In this document: positions 1-12,198 of the stretch, piece by piece
Layout: each line of letters starts with the position of its first letter
Numbering within the stretch: position 1 is the stretch's first letter
NCBI RefSeq assembly: GCF_000143415.4
Contig: NW_003314286.1
Coordinates: 1,239,718-1,303,717, forward strand
Length of the DNA: 64,000 bases
Direction of reading: 5' to 3'
Origin: Selaginella moellendorffii
Lineage: Eukaryota; Plantae; Lycopodiophyta
Made by a program: the position numbers and the translations under genes
Notes under the pieces: model-generated
Databases searched by the model: none
The model's input: the letters and a program-made list of their open reading frames with translations, nothing else
What the model was told of the DNA's origin: nothing

Positions 1-1005
1 TCGAGTCTGAGAGGGTGAAAGCCCAAAGCGTTCGTCTCCCAGACCCTGGGGGGTTTGGTGAGCTCCAAAAGTATAGTAGGGGGAGGACTGCAGTGGAGCC
101 AGTTTGGCCAGGAAAGGCCAGTTTGGCCCAGGAAGGCTAGACCCAGTGTTGGGTGATGAGCTGCCCACTGGGAAGTCCAAGACTAGAGTGAACACAGACC
201 GACAAGTGGGGTAGCTTGGTGAAGTGTTCAAGAGCCGGCTTTAGTTCCCCCGGGAGATCGACTGGCCGATGCTCCCAGTCCAAGTGTGGGTGGCACTACC
301 TACTTGGATACCTGGTGTGGCTCAACGGAACCCGCTCTAAGCCCATGGCTAGAGCACCCAAGGGCAGAAGGCGAGGAGAGTACCCAGGTGGCTCGCGTAA
401 GGCCACGGTGTTCCGAAATGTTGTCCCAAAGGCCCAGACTGTGGAAAGGAAGAGGAGCAGTCCTCTGGGTTAGTGACCAAGGACACAGTCGTGTGGTGAG
501 GAAGTCCCAGAGGACCGTGGGACTTAGTGGTCGGGCCTGTGGGTCTCGATCCAGTGGCAGTGTTGGCAAACACGGCCAGGGGCAGAAAGGGACTTAGTGG
601 GGACTGACAGAGGGATATTGGGGAAGGCTATTCCCCTTGTCGGTGGGCATCCTAAGGATGCTAAGGAGTGGATCTGAGATGACCACTCACGGATGGTTTG
701 CCTAGTCTTGGAGGGCCAAGACGGTGATGCAAGTGGTGTTGGACCACCAGTGTGACTAAGGTAAATGGGCATGGCCTTAGCGTAACGGGCCGGTACGTCG
801 GTGATACCTTGGGGTGTCGATCATGGGATCGGACACGTGGAGCACTTGGACCAAGTGCTAAGGTTGAGTGGCATGGATGCCATTCTCGGGGCTAGCAAGC
901 CCCAAGTCCTGAGTTGGACTTATGGAGGTTGTCAATGAGACTCCTCCAAGTGGTCAGAGGTGTGGTTAAGTGACTAAAGTAAAATGCAAAATTTAGTCGC
1001 TTACA
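1..1005 (+). mobile_element. LTR family A, 3' part (5' part lies outside the window), inserted into a chromovirus integrase
   Basis: Near-identical to the distal ~1 kb of 3202-4878. Ends ...TTAGTCGCTTACA at 1005, directly before integrase/chromodomain coding sequence. Confidence 0.9.
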
Positions 1006-1343
1006 CTTACCACCTCCGACTTCCTCGAGAGATGGGGAAGATGCACCTAGTATTCCATGTGAACCTACTCAAGCCGTACTTTGAGGATCCGCTTCGCAAG
1101 GGCCAAGTAAGACCTTTACCTAAGGTTATCCAAGGGGAAGAGGAATATGAAGTTGAGGCCATCCTCAATGCGCGCAAGAGTAAGCGACAAGGACACGAGG
1201 TGAGAGAGTTCCATGTGAAGTGGAAAGGATTTCCACACTGCGAAGCAATATGGGAACTGGACGAGAACCTAGCGAATGTGCGAGATCTAATGGAGGAATT
1301 TCTGCAAGACAGAACTCTATGTACTTATGCAAAGTTCAATTAA
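1006..1343 (+). pseudogene. Ty3/gypsy (chromovirus) integrase C-terminus with chromodomain
   Basis: YHLRLP..MHLVFHVNLLKPY (GPY/F-module region) followed by EEEYEVEAIL...FHVKWKGF..EAIWE..ENL (chromodomain). Confidence 0.9.
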
Positions 1344-1734
1344 AGTGTCAATTTGTGAAGTTGAGCAATGGCATATGTTGGGACCCGAAGGCGCGCCGAA
1401 GGTAAGCTAATTAGCATGGGTTAGCTAAGTCGACCAGGTGTAGAGAATTACACCTGACTCCCCATAGGGATGTTGAATCCATAGATGTATTCTACGGAGG
1501 TTGGGTTCGAGTCCCAACCCCCTAGTAAAGCAAGGTTGGGTTCAAGTCTCAACCCCATATTAGGGCATGGTGGGGTGAGGGGTATAGGGACAACTATATT
1601 CCGTTGTCATGGGCTCTTGGCCGGGGAGGCTAACTTAGGCACACCGCTAAGTGGGGGGATGCCCTCGGAAACATGGTCAACAAGTCGTAGGATGAAGGAT
1701 GTGGGCATCAAACTTCTTTTATGGGTGGTGGAGT

Positions 1735-2856
1735 TGTAAGGAACCAACTCCCCGAGGTGTCATAGGCTAAAGGATCCCCGAAAGCATGACTGAAATGACA
1801 AAGAGTTCATCAGATGGGACCAAGTCAGAGATCGAGTCCAAGACCGACTTTGAGACCGAGTTCGAGATAGAGTCTGGGATCAAGTTCAAGGCCGAATCGG
1901 AGACTGAGTTCAACACCAAGTTCGAGACCGAGTTTGAGACAGAGTCCGAGATCCGAATCAGGTCTGAGACCGAGTCCGAGGTCGAGTCCGAAGTCAAGTC
2001 CGAGATCAAGTCCGAGATCAGGTCCGAGATCAAGTCCAAGACCGAGTCCAAGACTGAGTCCGAGTACTAATATAGGTCAAGGGGTGAAAGCCCAAAGCAT
2101 GTGTCTCCCGGGGGGGTGATGCAGTGGTTTCCAAAAGTATAGTAGGGATAGTGAGGTCCAGGAACCAGTCTTGAAGGAACTCTCCAGTGGTGCTTCCAAA
2201 CTAACTTGAGGTTTAGACTGGGGCCGAGGGGCCTTGGGTGGGAGTGAGCATCGATGCGAGTGGTGCCGGAAGGACCACCCAAGGAAGTGCTCAAGAGCAG
2301 CTCCCACTCTCAAAAGGGAAACCAACTACAGTGCTCCCGGCTCATGTGGAGTGGTGCCCCACTTGAGTACCTTATGGCTTATTGGTCCTTGCCCTTCCTA
2401 GGGGCTTGGGCCTTCCCTTCGGGATAGAAGTGGGGGGGGGGTAGAGGTACCCACACCGGGCCGTTAGGCTTCGGTGTTTCGCCCCGGTGTCCCGAAGCAA
2501 GTGTTACACCCAAAGCTTGGGATTTAGAGGGTCCCATAATTAAGTCTTGTTGTACCAAGGGATGTTAAGAACCTTGAGGCTTGGTGTGCTTAGCTGCTTA
2601 TGCCTGCAGGGAGTGTAGTCGAACTTTAAGTCTAGTCTAACCCGAGGAGGGGGATTGGGAGAGATTTGGGAATCTATGGATGGATGGCTAACGCTTCGTT
2701 GCTCATGCAGTGAGTAGCTAAAACTAAGTAGGACCAAGTAGGAGTTGGTACAATAGGTGGGAACCTTGGCGAGGGAACTTAGCAAAAGCCAAGGCAATGT
2801 TGGTCAGATAAACAAGGTAAGCTGGCAAATTGGAAAGGAAAACTTTGTGGCTTACA
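1735..2856 (+). mobile_element. LTR family B, probably the 3' LTR of the chromovirus
   Basis: TGTAAG...CTTACA termini, preceded by purine-rich GGGTGGTGGAG (PPT-like). Homologous to the inverted copy at 9624-10754 and the fragment ending at 7142. Confidence 0.8.
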
Positions 2857-3201
2857 CAAGTCCCTTTTCTGTCCATGGTAATGTTTGCCAACATTGCCAC
2901 TGCCCACAAGCCCAACCACTAAGTCCCACTGTCCTCTGGGACTTCCTCACCACATAACTGTATCCTTGGTCACTACACCAAAGGACCATTCCTCTTAAGC
3001 TCTATTTCGTTAAAGTGGGAATTGTCATTATCCCACTTGTAAAATAAGGTTTTCAAACCTTTATATAGTATATAAATATAACAAAATTCAACTGCATTGA
3101 GGCACATAGTTCCCCTTCTGGAATATACACCCTCGTTTGCTTGTAATAGATGAGTCTGTTGCATTCTACATAACCTGTTTTCTCTTCTGTTGGAAGCTCA
3201 C

Positions 3202-4878
3202 TGTGAGACACAAATCCCTAAGCCCCAAAGTGGAGCCGAAAGGGTGCCACGTGGTAGTGGCCGAAGCAAAAGCCAAACGAGCATAACACGTTTGGACTAA
3301 AAGGCTCCGACTTGAAAGGTTGAGAGTAGGAGTGGAACTCCCAACGGAGTGCTCAGGGAATGAGCATGAAGCGAGCAATAAGCGAGGCTCCAAAAGGGGG
3401 CCCAAAAGGACCAACACATGACACGTGGAAGTGTCCGAGATGAAGTCCGAGATGGACTTGAGTTGAAGTCCGAGGTGGAGTCCGAGATGGACCCGAGTTG
3501 GAGTCCGAGGTGGAGTCTGAGATGGAGTCTGAGGTGGACCCGAGATGGAGTTCGAGATGGAGTCCAAGATGGACTCGAGATGGAGTCCGAGATGGAGTCC
3601 AAGATGGAGTCCGAGATGAACCGAGACGGAGTCTGAGATGGACCCGAGATGGAGTCCGAGATGGACCGAGACGGAGTCCGAGATTGAGTCCGAGATGGAC
3701 CCGAGATGGAACCCGAGATGGAGTCCGAGAAGGACCCGAGATGGAGTCCGAGGTCAAGACCGAGATCGGGACAGAGACCGAGACCGGGACCGAGACTAAG
3801 ACCGAGACTGAGGCCGAGGCCGAGACTGAGCCCGAGCCCGAGTCCGAGTCCGAGTCCGAGTCCAAGTCCGAGTCCAAGTCCAAGTCCGAGTTCGAGCCTA
3901 AGAGGGTGAAAGCCCAAAGCGTTCGTCTCCCAGACCTAGGGGGTTTGGTGAGCTCCAAAAGTATAGCAAGGGGGAGGACTGTAGTGGAGCCAGTTTGGCC
4001 AGGAAAGGCCAGACCCAGTGTTGGGTGATGAACTGACCACTGGGAAGTCCAAGACTAGAGTGAATACGGACCGACAAGCGGGGTAGCTTGGTGAAGTGTT
4101 CAAGAGCCGGCTCTAGTTCCCCCGAGAGATTGACTGGCCGATGCTCCCAATCCAAGTGTGGGTGGCACTACCTGCTTGGATACCAGGCATAGCTCAACGG
4201 AACCTTGCTCTAAGCCCATGGCTAGAGCACCCAAAGGCGGAAGGTGGGGAGAGTACCCAGGTGGCTCGCGTAAGGCCACGGTGTTCTGAAGTGTTGTCCC
4301 AAAGTCCCAGACTGTGGAAAGGAAAAGGAGCAGTCCTTTGGTGTGGTGGCCAAAGATATGGTCACGTGGTGAGGAAGTCCCAGAGGACCATGGGACTTAG
4401 TGGTCAAGCTTGTGGGCCTCGATCTAGTGGCAGTGTTGGCAAACACGGCCAAGGGCAGAAAGGGACTTAGTGGGGACAGACAGAGGGATATTGGGGAAGG
4501 CTGTTCCCCTTGTAGGTGGGCATCCTAAGGATGCTAAGGAGTGGATCTGGGATGACCACTCACAGATGGTTGGCTCAGTCTTGGAGAGACAAGACTGTGT
4601 TGCAAGTGGTATTGGACTACTGGTGCGGCAAAGGTAATTGGGCATGGCCTTAGCGTAACAAGCTGCTATGTCGGTGGTACCTTTGAGTGTCGGTCATGGG
4701 ATCAAACATGTGGAGCACTTGGACCAGGTACAAGGGTGGAGTGGCATGGATGCCACTCTTGGGGCTAGCAAGTCCCAAGTCCTGAATTGGACTTATGGAG
4801 GTTGTGAATGAGACTCCTCCAAGTGGTCAGAGGTGTGGTTAAGTGACTAAAGTAGAGTGGAAAAATTAGTCACTTACA
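3202..4878 (+). mobile_element. Solo LTR, family A (1677 bp)
   Basis: TGTGAG...TTACA termini, perfect 5-bp TSD CTCAC (3197-3201 / 4879-4883), no internal domain. Confidence 0.95.
3433..3897. repeat. GAGTCC/GAGATG/GAGACC hexamer-based tandem array inside LTR A
   Basis: Visible 6/12-bp periodicity; source of the low-complexity ORFs in several frames. Confidence 0.9.
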
Positions 4879-6994
4879 CTCACCTCTCTAGTGAGCTTTC
4901 CGTGCCTTTAGATTCCTCAGCAACACTTTTTGTGCTAGACCATCATTCTCATATGCTGTCCACACATCATCCCAAAAGGTTACTGTCGCGCTGGATATTG
5001 CTAACTTCAAGCTCACTTTTCAACTTAGCGCATCCGCCACGATGTTGCTCTTCCCAGGCTTGTACAGAATCTCGCAATCAAACTCGGCCAAAGCATTGGC
5101 CCACCGACCCTATTTCCCTCTCAAGTCGGGTTGTGACAAGAAGTGTTTCATTGCCACATTGTCCGTGTAAATCTTGAAGTGTCTCCCAAGGTAGTGTTGC
5201 CACTTCTTGAGCACCTTGACCACCGCAAACAATTCCTTCTCGTGGGCAGGCCACTTCCGTTGAGCCTTGTCCAACTTCTTCGAGAAGAACACTACTGGAT
5301 GGTTGTCTTGCTTCAAAACTGCGCCCAACACAAAGTCTGAAGCATCCGTTTCTACCTCAAAGTCCATACCAAAGTCTGGTAATGCCAACACGGGAGCCTT
5401 CCTCAACTTCCCTTTGAGGTGGACAAATGCCGCCTCGCATTCTACTATCCATACCATCTTTTTTTTTCCCGTTTGGTCCGTTAAGGGCAAGGCTACTCTC
5501 GAATAGTGTGTGATAAACTTTCGATAGTAATTGCATAGCCCCAAGAATGCCCTTAACTCGTGTACATTCGATGGTCGCTCCCAATTCTGGATTGCTTGGA
5601 CCTTCTCAGGGTCCACCTTGAGCCCATCCTTGCCCACCACATGCTCGAGAAACTTTACCTCTTGTTGAGCAAAGTCACATTTGCTCTCTTTAGCATACAG
5701 CTGGTGTTCCCTTAGTTTCTCAAACACTTTCGTCAAGTGTTCGCCATGCTCCTCTAGCGTTTCGCTATAGATCAAAATGTCATCAATATAGATGACCACA
5801 AAGTGATCCAAATAGGGTACAAAGATGTGGTTCATCAACACCGAAAACATTACCGGCACATTGCATGGCCCGAAAGGCATCATCAGAAACTCAAAGCTCC
5901 CATACCTTGTTCGACAGGTTGTCTTTTCGACATCTTCCTCTGTTACCCTGATCTGGTAGTATCCCAACCTTAGGTCAATCCTCGAGAAGTATTTTGTCTT
6001 TCCCAACCTATCAAACAAGTCCTCAATCCTTGGCAAAGGGTATTTGTTCTTTTTTGTATACTTATTGAGCAACCGGTAGTTTATGCACATGCATATAAAT
6101 CCATCTTTCTTTTTCACAAATATACCCTTTGTCCACCAACTCCTATAGTTGGCACTTGAGCTCCTTGAGTTCTTTTTCGTTCAAACGATAGCAGGGACGA
6201 ACCACTACTTTAGCACCCTCGACCAGCTCAATCTTATATTTTATCAGTCATGCGGGGGGCAACCCCGCCGGTAGCTCCTCTGGCATGGTATCCTGGAATT
6301 GGTCCAACACCCGTTGGATCACTAAAGGTACTTCTTCTGTTCCCGTCTTTTTGTCACTCTTCACCGAGAGTAAGCACAAAAATACTACCTTGGTTCCTTT
6401 AGTGAGTTGTCCTCTCGTGAACACCAGGTTTAAGCAGGAATCTTTAGCCTTGCATTGCCCTACCTTTAGATCCTGAGCCTCCACCCTGGATCTCCTTCCT
6501 TGGGCATTTGCTAGTACCACAAAGTTCCTACCTTATCCATGTAGGGTTACCACGAACCGATTAAACCAATCCATCTCGAAGATCACGTCAAATCCTGCTA
6601 TGTCCAACATGGTGAAATCCATATCTACTTTCCATTTCCCTACTTCGACTCTCGCTTGTCGAAGTACCTCATTGGTGCTTTGGCTACCTTGAACAAACTT
6701 TATAGTCCTTGGTTCGCCTAGCCGCTACACCATTAGTCCGGCTTGCCAGACTATGTCTGCAACCACAAAATTATCTGAAGCACTTGTGTCAATAAAGATC
6801 TTAACAAATCTACCTCCAAGTTTCCCTCGAAGGGCTCGTAGATGTCGCTAACGACTCTCTACCAAAGTTGCTCGTATAATGAGTAACTTTGAGCTAGGGA
6901 CTGGATCACATACCTTAGCTTGGATTTCACCTAACTTAATCGCCATATTGGCTCTGGCCTTCTTCGGGTAGGGACATTCCCTCTAAAAGTGTTC

Positions 6995-7142
6995 CTCGAT
7001 CCCAGACTCTATCTCAAACTCGGTCTCAGAGTCGGTCTTGGACTCAATCTTTGACTTGGTCCCATCGATGAATTTTTTGTCATTACGGTCATGCTTCGGG
7101 GATCCTTTAGCCTATGACATTTCAGGGAGTTGGTTCCTTACA
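6995..7142 (-). mobile_element. 5' fragment of LTR family B, joined by a deletion to the end of gag
   Basis: Reverse complement begins TGTAAGGAACCAACTCCC, as at 1735, and runs directly into the zinc-knuckle/protease region. Confidence 0.75.
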
Positions 7143-7599
7143 CATAAGTTGTGCTAGGGTTGTCCACAACCTTATCATTTGGCTACTTTGCCACTCCCTC
7201 TCTTGGAGCTTTCACTTTTATCAAATTGAAGCATTTGGGAATCCATCCTTGGAAACACACTCCCTTTTTTAATATCCATTAGCATCCAACACATTAGTGT
7301 TCTTCACCTAATGTTGCTATTTGTATTCCTTCTAACGTATTCCATGGCCCACACTTGGCCACTAATCTTTTGCTCCTATCCTTTGATGGTTGCACCAAGC
7401 AACATAAGATCACTACCTCCATTCTCGAGGTATTGTTTTGGTTTCATGGCAAAGGCTTCATTTTGCCAAATCCATAGGATGCTTACCCTTAGTAGGTCTT
7501 TTTAGCCTTTTCTGCTACGGGCTCCATTATCAACCCAACTTTCTGACCCTCCTATGGTCTTTCCTAGAGACCACTCTTTTGGACTCATTATACCATCCC

Positions 7600-9200
7600 A
7601 TTGACACACTAATTTCCCTTTTGGTGTCCTTCCCACTTGATCACCTTGATCAAGTCACACCATTATCAATAGTTCAAATCAACACTTTGAACTAAAGATC
7701 TTCTTCCTTAACCTCACAAGGACCCCATCCTTGTTTAGCCATAAGATCACCTAGTGATCTAATCTTAACACCTTAACAAGTTTGCCAATAGGTATTAAGT
7801 CTTCTAGACTCTTTTAAATTGTTAACTATGACCCCGGGGGCATCCCCCACACTTGGCGGTGTGCCTAAGCTAGCTGTTTTGACCAAGGATCCATAGCAAC
7901 CGAGACTAGGTGTCCCCATCTCATTCACCATGTCCTTGGTGCCACTTGCACCAAAGTGTTCAAGTTAAATATGCCGAGCTTTCACTCTAAGCAATCTAAC
8001 TATGCATCACGATTTCAGGGCATCCCCCGCTTGGCGATGTCCGTGTTACGAACACGGCCGGGATCCCGGCCGTGTTCACCGTGTTTCACGAACACGGCCA
8101 TGGGTCGTGTTCCCACGGCCGTGTTCGTGAATAGTGGTCCGTGTTAGTAACACCGACCACTGTTCAGAATATTCTCGTGCGGAATATTCTGGTTTTAGGG
8201 CGCACCATTTCAGGGCACAGCAGCAGCAATCCAAGGCAAACAAGCATGGCGCAGCAATCCAGCATACTGCGAAAGCATCCTTCTTCGTGATGGTGGGATG
8301 AGGTAAGTGTTCTTGAGAGCAGGGGGCATGGCAAAGAGTAACAGACTTACCATGGACAGGACAGCGGATCTGGTTTTTATGGCTTGCAACACCAGGTTGT
8401 TAACCTGCAAAAATGATCGTGATTACGACAAGTTTGTAAGCTACAAAGTCCTGGAGACAGTTCCTCATCCTGAAGACGAGCTTGAGTCAAGACAAGAAGA
8501 GGAAGATGGAGATGATGTCGAAGATCGTGAGGTCGAAGATCATGAGGTTGAAGATGACGATGAGATGCAGGATATTTGAGTAGTTTAAAAGTGTGAAGTA
8601 GTTTATGTGCAAATAAAAATATTAAGAATAATATAATAAAATATAGCATATTCCTATAATAATATAATAAGAAATAGAATATAATTTTTAAATAACATAT
8701 TCTTAGAATATTCAGTAGAATATTCGTGAGCCATCGTGGGCCGTGATCATGTTCCGTGTTCGGGTTCCTGAAATCTGAGGCTCGTGTTCGTGTTCCGTGT
8801 TCGTGTTCGTAACTATGGGCGATGTGCCTAAGCCAATCTCCTCATTGAGAGTCCATGACCACCAAAATATAAGTGTCCTCATACTCTAAACCATCACCAT
8901 GCCCTAGTAATTTGGGATTTAAACCCAAGCACTAAAGGGTTGGGACTTGAACCTAACCTCCGTATATGCATCTACGGATGGCATCACCCAGGATGCCTGG
9001 CGTGACTCCCTATGCTGGTGCACTAATTTATACCTAAAGTGTGTTATAAACCACAGTTTAAGAGCCTAGTTCCTCTACACTGCCAAGTCGTCTCACTTGA
9101 CAAGTCTGTGATCATGTATAGACTCCTCTATGTTTGGCCCCATGAGCCATCCTTTTTTAAGTTAGCACCTTCAACTAGGGTACTTGTTCCCCCAACTTTT
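7600..9200 (-). mobile_element. Decayed 3' non-coding internal region of a related gypsy element, split by the hAT insertion
   Basis: Colinear with 20640-21400. Segment 8826-9020 is the reverse complement of the 1440-1670 region. Confidence 0.7.
8041..8817 (+). mobile_element. Non-autonomous hAT DNA transposon (777 bp) with transposase C-terminal remnant
   Basis: 8-bp TSD GGCGATGT (8033-8040 / 8818-8825). Imperfect TIRs CCGTGTTACGAACACG / CATAGTTACGAACACG. Subterminal CCGTGTT(C) repeats. Remnant NRLTMDRTADLVFMACNTRLL resembles the end of the hAT dimerisation domain. Confidence 0.92.
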
Positions 9201-9278
9201 GGAGTGGTTGAATCCTTGTTGGTTTGAGTTGGGAATTATATTGATCATTAATGATTCTTATTATGCTTGTTATAAAGT

Positions 9279-11003
9279 TGTAAGCAACTAAATTTTCATT
9301 CTACTTTAGTCATTTAACCACACTTTTGACCATTTGGAGGAGTCTCACTCACATCCTCCATAAATTTTATTCCTGACTTAAGGACATGCTAGCCCTATAA
9401 ATGACATTTATACCACTTTGCCTTTGCACTTGGTCCAAGTGTTCTATATGTCTAATCCCACAACAAGTACTTAAAAGCACCATTGACATGTTAGCCCATT
9501 ACACTAAGGCTATGTCCATTCACCATTGTCTTGTGGGTGGTCTAAGACCACTTGTACCATAATCTTGTCTCCCAAAGACTAGGTGATCCATCTATGAGTG
9601 ATCATTTCATGACCACACTTTAGTGTAAGCCATAAATTTTTCCTTTCCAATTTGCCAGTTTACCTCGTTTATCCAACTAACACTGCCTTGGCCTTAGTTA
9701 AGTTCCCTCGCCAAGGTTCCTGCCTATTGTACCACCTCCTACTTGGTCCTACTTGGTTTTAGCTACTCACTGCATGAGCAATAGAACGTTATCTATCCAT
9801 CCATGGATTCCCAAATCTCTCCCAATCCCCCTCTCCGAGTTAGATTCAACTTAAAGTTCAGCTACACTCCTCACAGGCACAAGTAGATAAGCACACTAAG
9901 CCTCCAGGTTCCTAACATCCCTTAGTATAACAAGACTTAATCATAGGTTCCTTTAGATCCCAAACATTAGGTGCAATACTCACTTCAAGGCACCGAGGGG
10001 AAACACCGTGGCCTAACAGCCTAGTAGGGGTACCCCTACTCCTCCACTTCCATCCCAAAGGAAAGGCCCAAGCCCCTAGGAAGGGGCAAAGACCAATGAG
10101 CTACAAGGTACTCAAATGAGGCACCACTCCATATGAGCCGGGAGCACCACAGTCAATTTCCCTTCTGGGAGTGGGAGTTGCTATTGAGCACTTCCTTGGG
10201 TGGCCCCTTTGGCACCACTCGAGTCCATGCTCACTCCCATCTAAGGCCCCTAAACCCCAATCTCAACCTCAAATCAGTTTGGAAGACCACTGAAGAGTTC
10301 CTTCAAAATTGGTTTCTAAACCTCACTATCCCTACTATACTTTTGGACCCCCCCGCTCCCCCCCCTCAAGAGACACACGCTTTAAGCTTTCACCCCACGA
10401 CCTGTATTAGTATTTGGACTCAGTCTCGAACTTGATCTCGGACTCGATCTTGGACTTGACCTCGAACTTGGTCTCGGACTCAATCTCATACCCGACCTTG
10501 GACTCTGTCTCGGACTCGATCTCGGACTCGGTTTCAGACCTGATCTCGGATCTTGGACTTGGTCTCGAACTCAGTCTTGAACTCGGTCTCAAAGTCCGTC
10601 TTGGACTCGATCTCAGACTTAGTCTCGAACTCAGTTTTAGAGTTGGTCTTGGACTCAATCTCAAACTCGGTCTCATTTGATGAACTTTTATCATTCCGGT
10701 TGTCCTTCTGGGGGTCCTTTAGCCTATGACACCTTGGGGAGTTGGTTCTTTACATTTAACATCTTTAGGATGCCTAGAGACATGGGGAACACCCTTCCCC
10801 AATATCACATCTTTGGTCCCCACTAAGTTCTTTTAGTCCACGACTGTGCTTGCCTACACCGCCATTAGATCAGTGCCCAAAGGCCTAACCACTAAGTCCC
10901 ATTGACTTTTGGGACTTCCTTGCCACGTGACTATATCCTTACACAAGAGGACTATTCCTTTTCTTTTCCATAGTCCAAAACTTTGGGATGACATTTTGAA
11001 ACA
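9279..11003 (-). mobile_element. Old, truncated LTR family A copy hosting a nested family B solo LTR
   Basis: Begins TGTAAGCAACTAAATTTT like 14937. Homology resumes after 10754. Many C>T and G>A changes. Confidence 0.8.
9624..10754 (-). mobile_element. Solo LTR, family B
   Basis: TGTAAG...TTACA termini, TSD TTTAG/TTTAA (4 of 5 match), reverse complement of 1735-2856. Confidence 0.88.
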
Positions 11004-12198
11004 CGGGGGGGTTCCAAATGTATAGTAGGGATAGTGGGTAGGTTAGGTATGGCTGACCAACCTGAGGTATAATTTAGCTCCCGTTTGCGTGTCTGTCTTT
11101 ATTTTGCGTCTGGCTTGGGTCTAAACCCAAATTCCATTCCATACTAGCTAGTGGAATACCCATATCCTTGCGTTAGGCCACCGATATGCTGAAATAGTGC
11201 CAAACTCCATTTAACTCTGTTTTGCGTGTTAGTCCTGGCATTGGGATGCTAGATACTCTAGAATTGTTCCAAGTTGCTCTGTGCTCTTGTTCCTTCACTC
11301 TTTGAGTTGTATGCTCGGGAATCATTTCATGCTCTAGTGCCTTCACTCCTTGGCTCTATGCTTAGGAGTTTGGCTTCATTCTTTCGTTCAGTGGCCTAAG
11401 GCTTTGAAACTTGGGTTCCACACCACTATCCTTTGGACATGTGGCATATGGCATGTGACACATGGCACATAGAGGGTTTATGTTCCGCTCCGTGGTTATC
11501 CTATGGTAAATCACCTTAGAATAAAAGGTAAAAACAACATGCACTACATTTGGTATTAGAGGATACGTCTCAACGAGTATTATGCAATGAGATTGGGCAA
11601 CTAGTCTTGTTGCATATGCAGAGAGGAAAACGATGATCTGAGTGGGTACACGTTTAAGTGCAATGACTTTGCAATTGTTCCTTAGGTATAAATTTTGGTT
11701 ATCTTTTTGTACCATATTAAGTGAGCTTGCTCTTAGACTTATAAGATGGATGTGAGATATTCCATTTGCATGAGTTTGCACTTAGGCTTGTGATTGGGCA
11801 CATTAGCAAATCAAGGTTACACTTTGAGTTGGCAAAATTAATGTTAGCCTATCGATAGTTCCATAAGTTGTTCCATATACTATAAGTGAAAATAAACCTC
11901 CCCTGGGTTTGCTATGAGTGGCAATAGGCTAGTCTGTAGCTATTTAGCACGGCACTAGTGGATCCTTCCTAAGCATGATTATAAGTGATCAATCAAGACT
12001 GTAGGGATTAGTTCATTGATTCAAGTAGTCATTGCCATACTCTCTCATAAACTTTTCTTAGATTGGATTGAAGGCAGTGCGAACACAAGCTTAAGATTTA
12101 GTCAAAGATAAGACCGAAAAGAGAGTTAGCAGAGACAAAAGATCAAACACATAAATCATTTTCTCTTCTTGAAGAAATGATTTGCAACGAGGTGTTAA

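Larger units (their letters stand above)
3000..6990 (-). pseudogene. Decayed Ty3/gypsy gag-pol (zinc-knuckle remnant, protease, RT, RNase H, start of integrase), interrupted by solo LTR 3202-4878
   Basis: ORF 5110-6117 has RT motifs (YPLPRIEDL, IDLRLGYYQI, YIDD) and RNase H motifs (ETDAS, EKELFAVV, YTDN). Protease motif FIDTSASDNFV lies near 6770-6800. Frameshifts and stops are present. Confidence 0.92.

Noticed and set aside
286-597. Recurring ~105-aa ORF ending KHGQGQKGT in each LTR A copy
   Set aside because: Recurrence is explained by near-identical LTR DNA. Starts are non-ATG or variable and there is no recognisable domain.
1730-2861. LTR B at 1735-2856 as a solo LTR
   Set aside because: The flanks GGAGT and CAAGT do not form a TSD, and a PPT-like tract plus chromodomain lie upstream, so it is better read as a 3' LTR.
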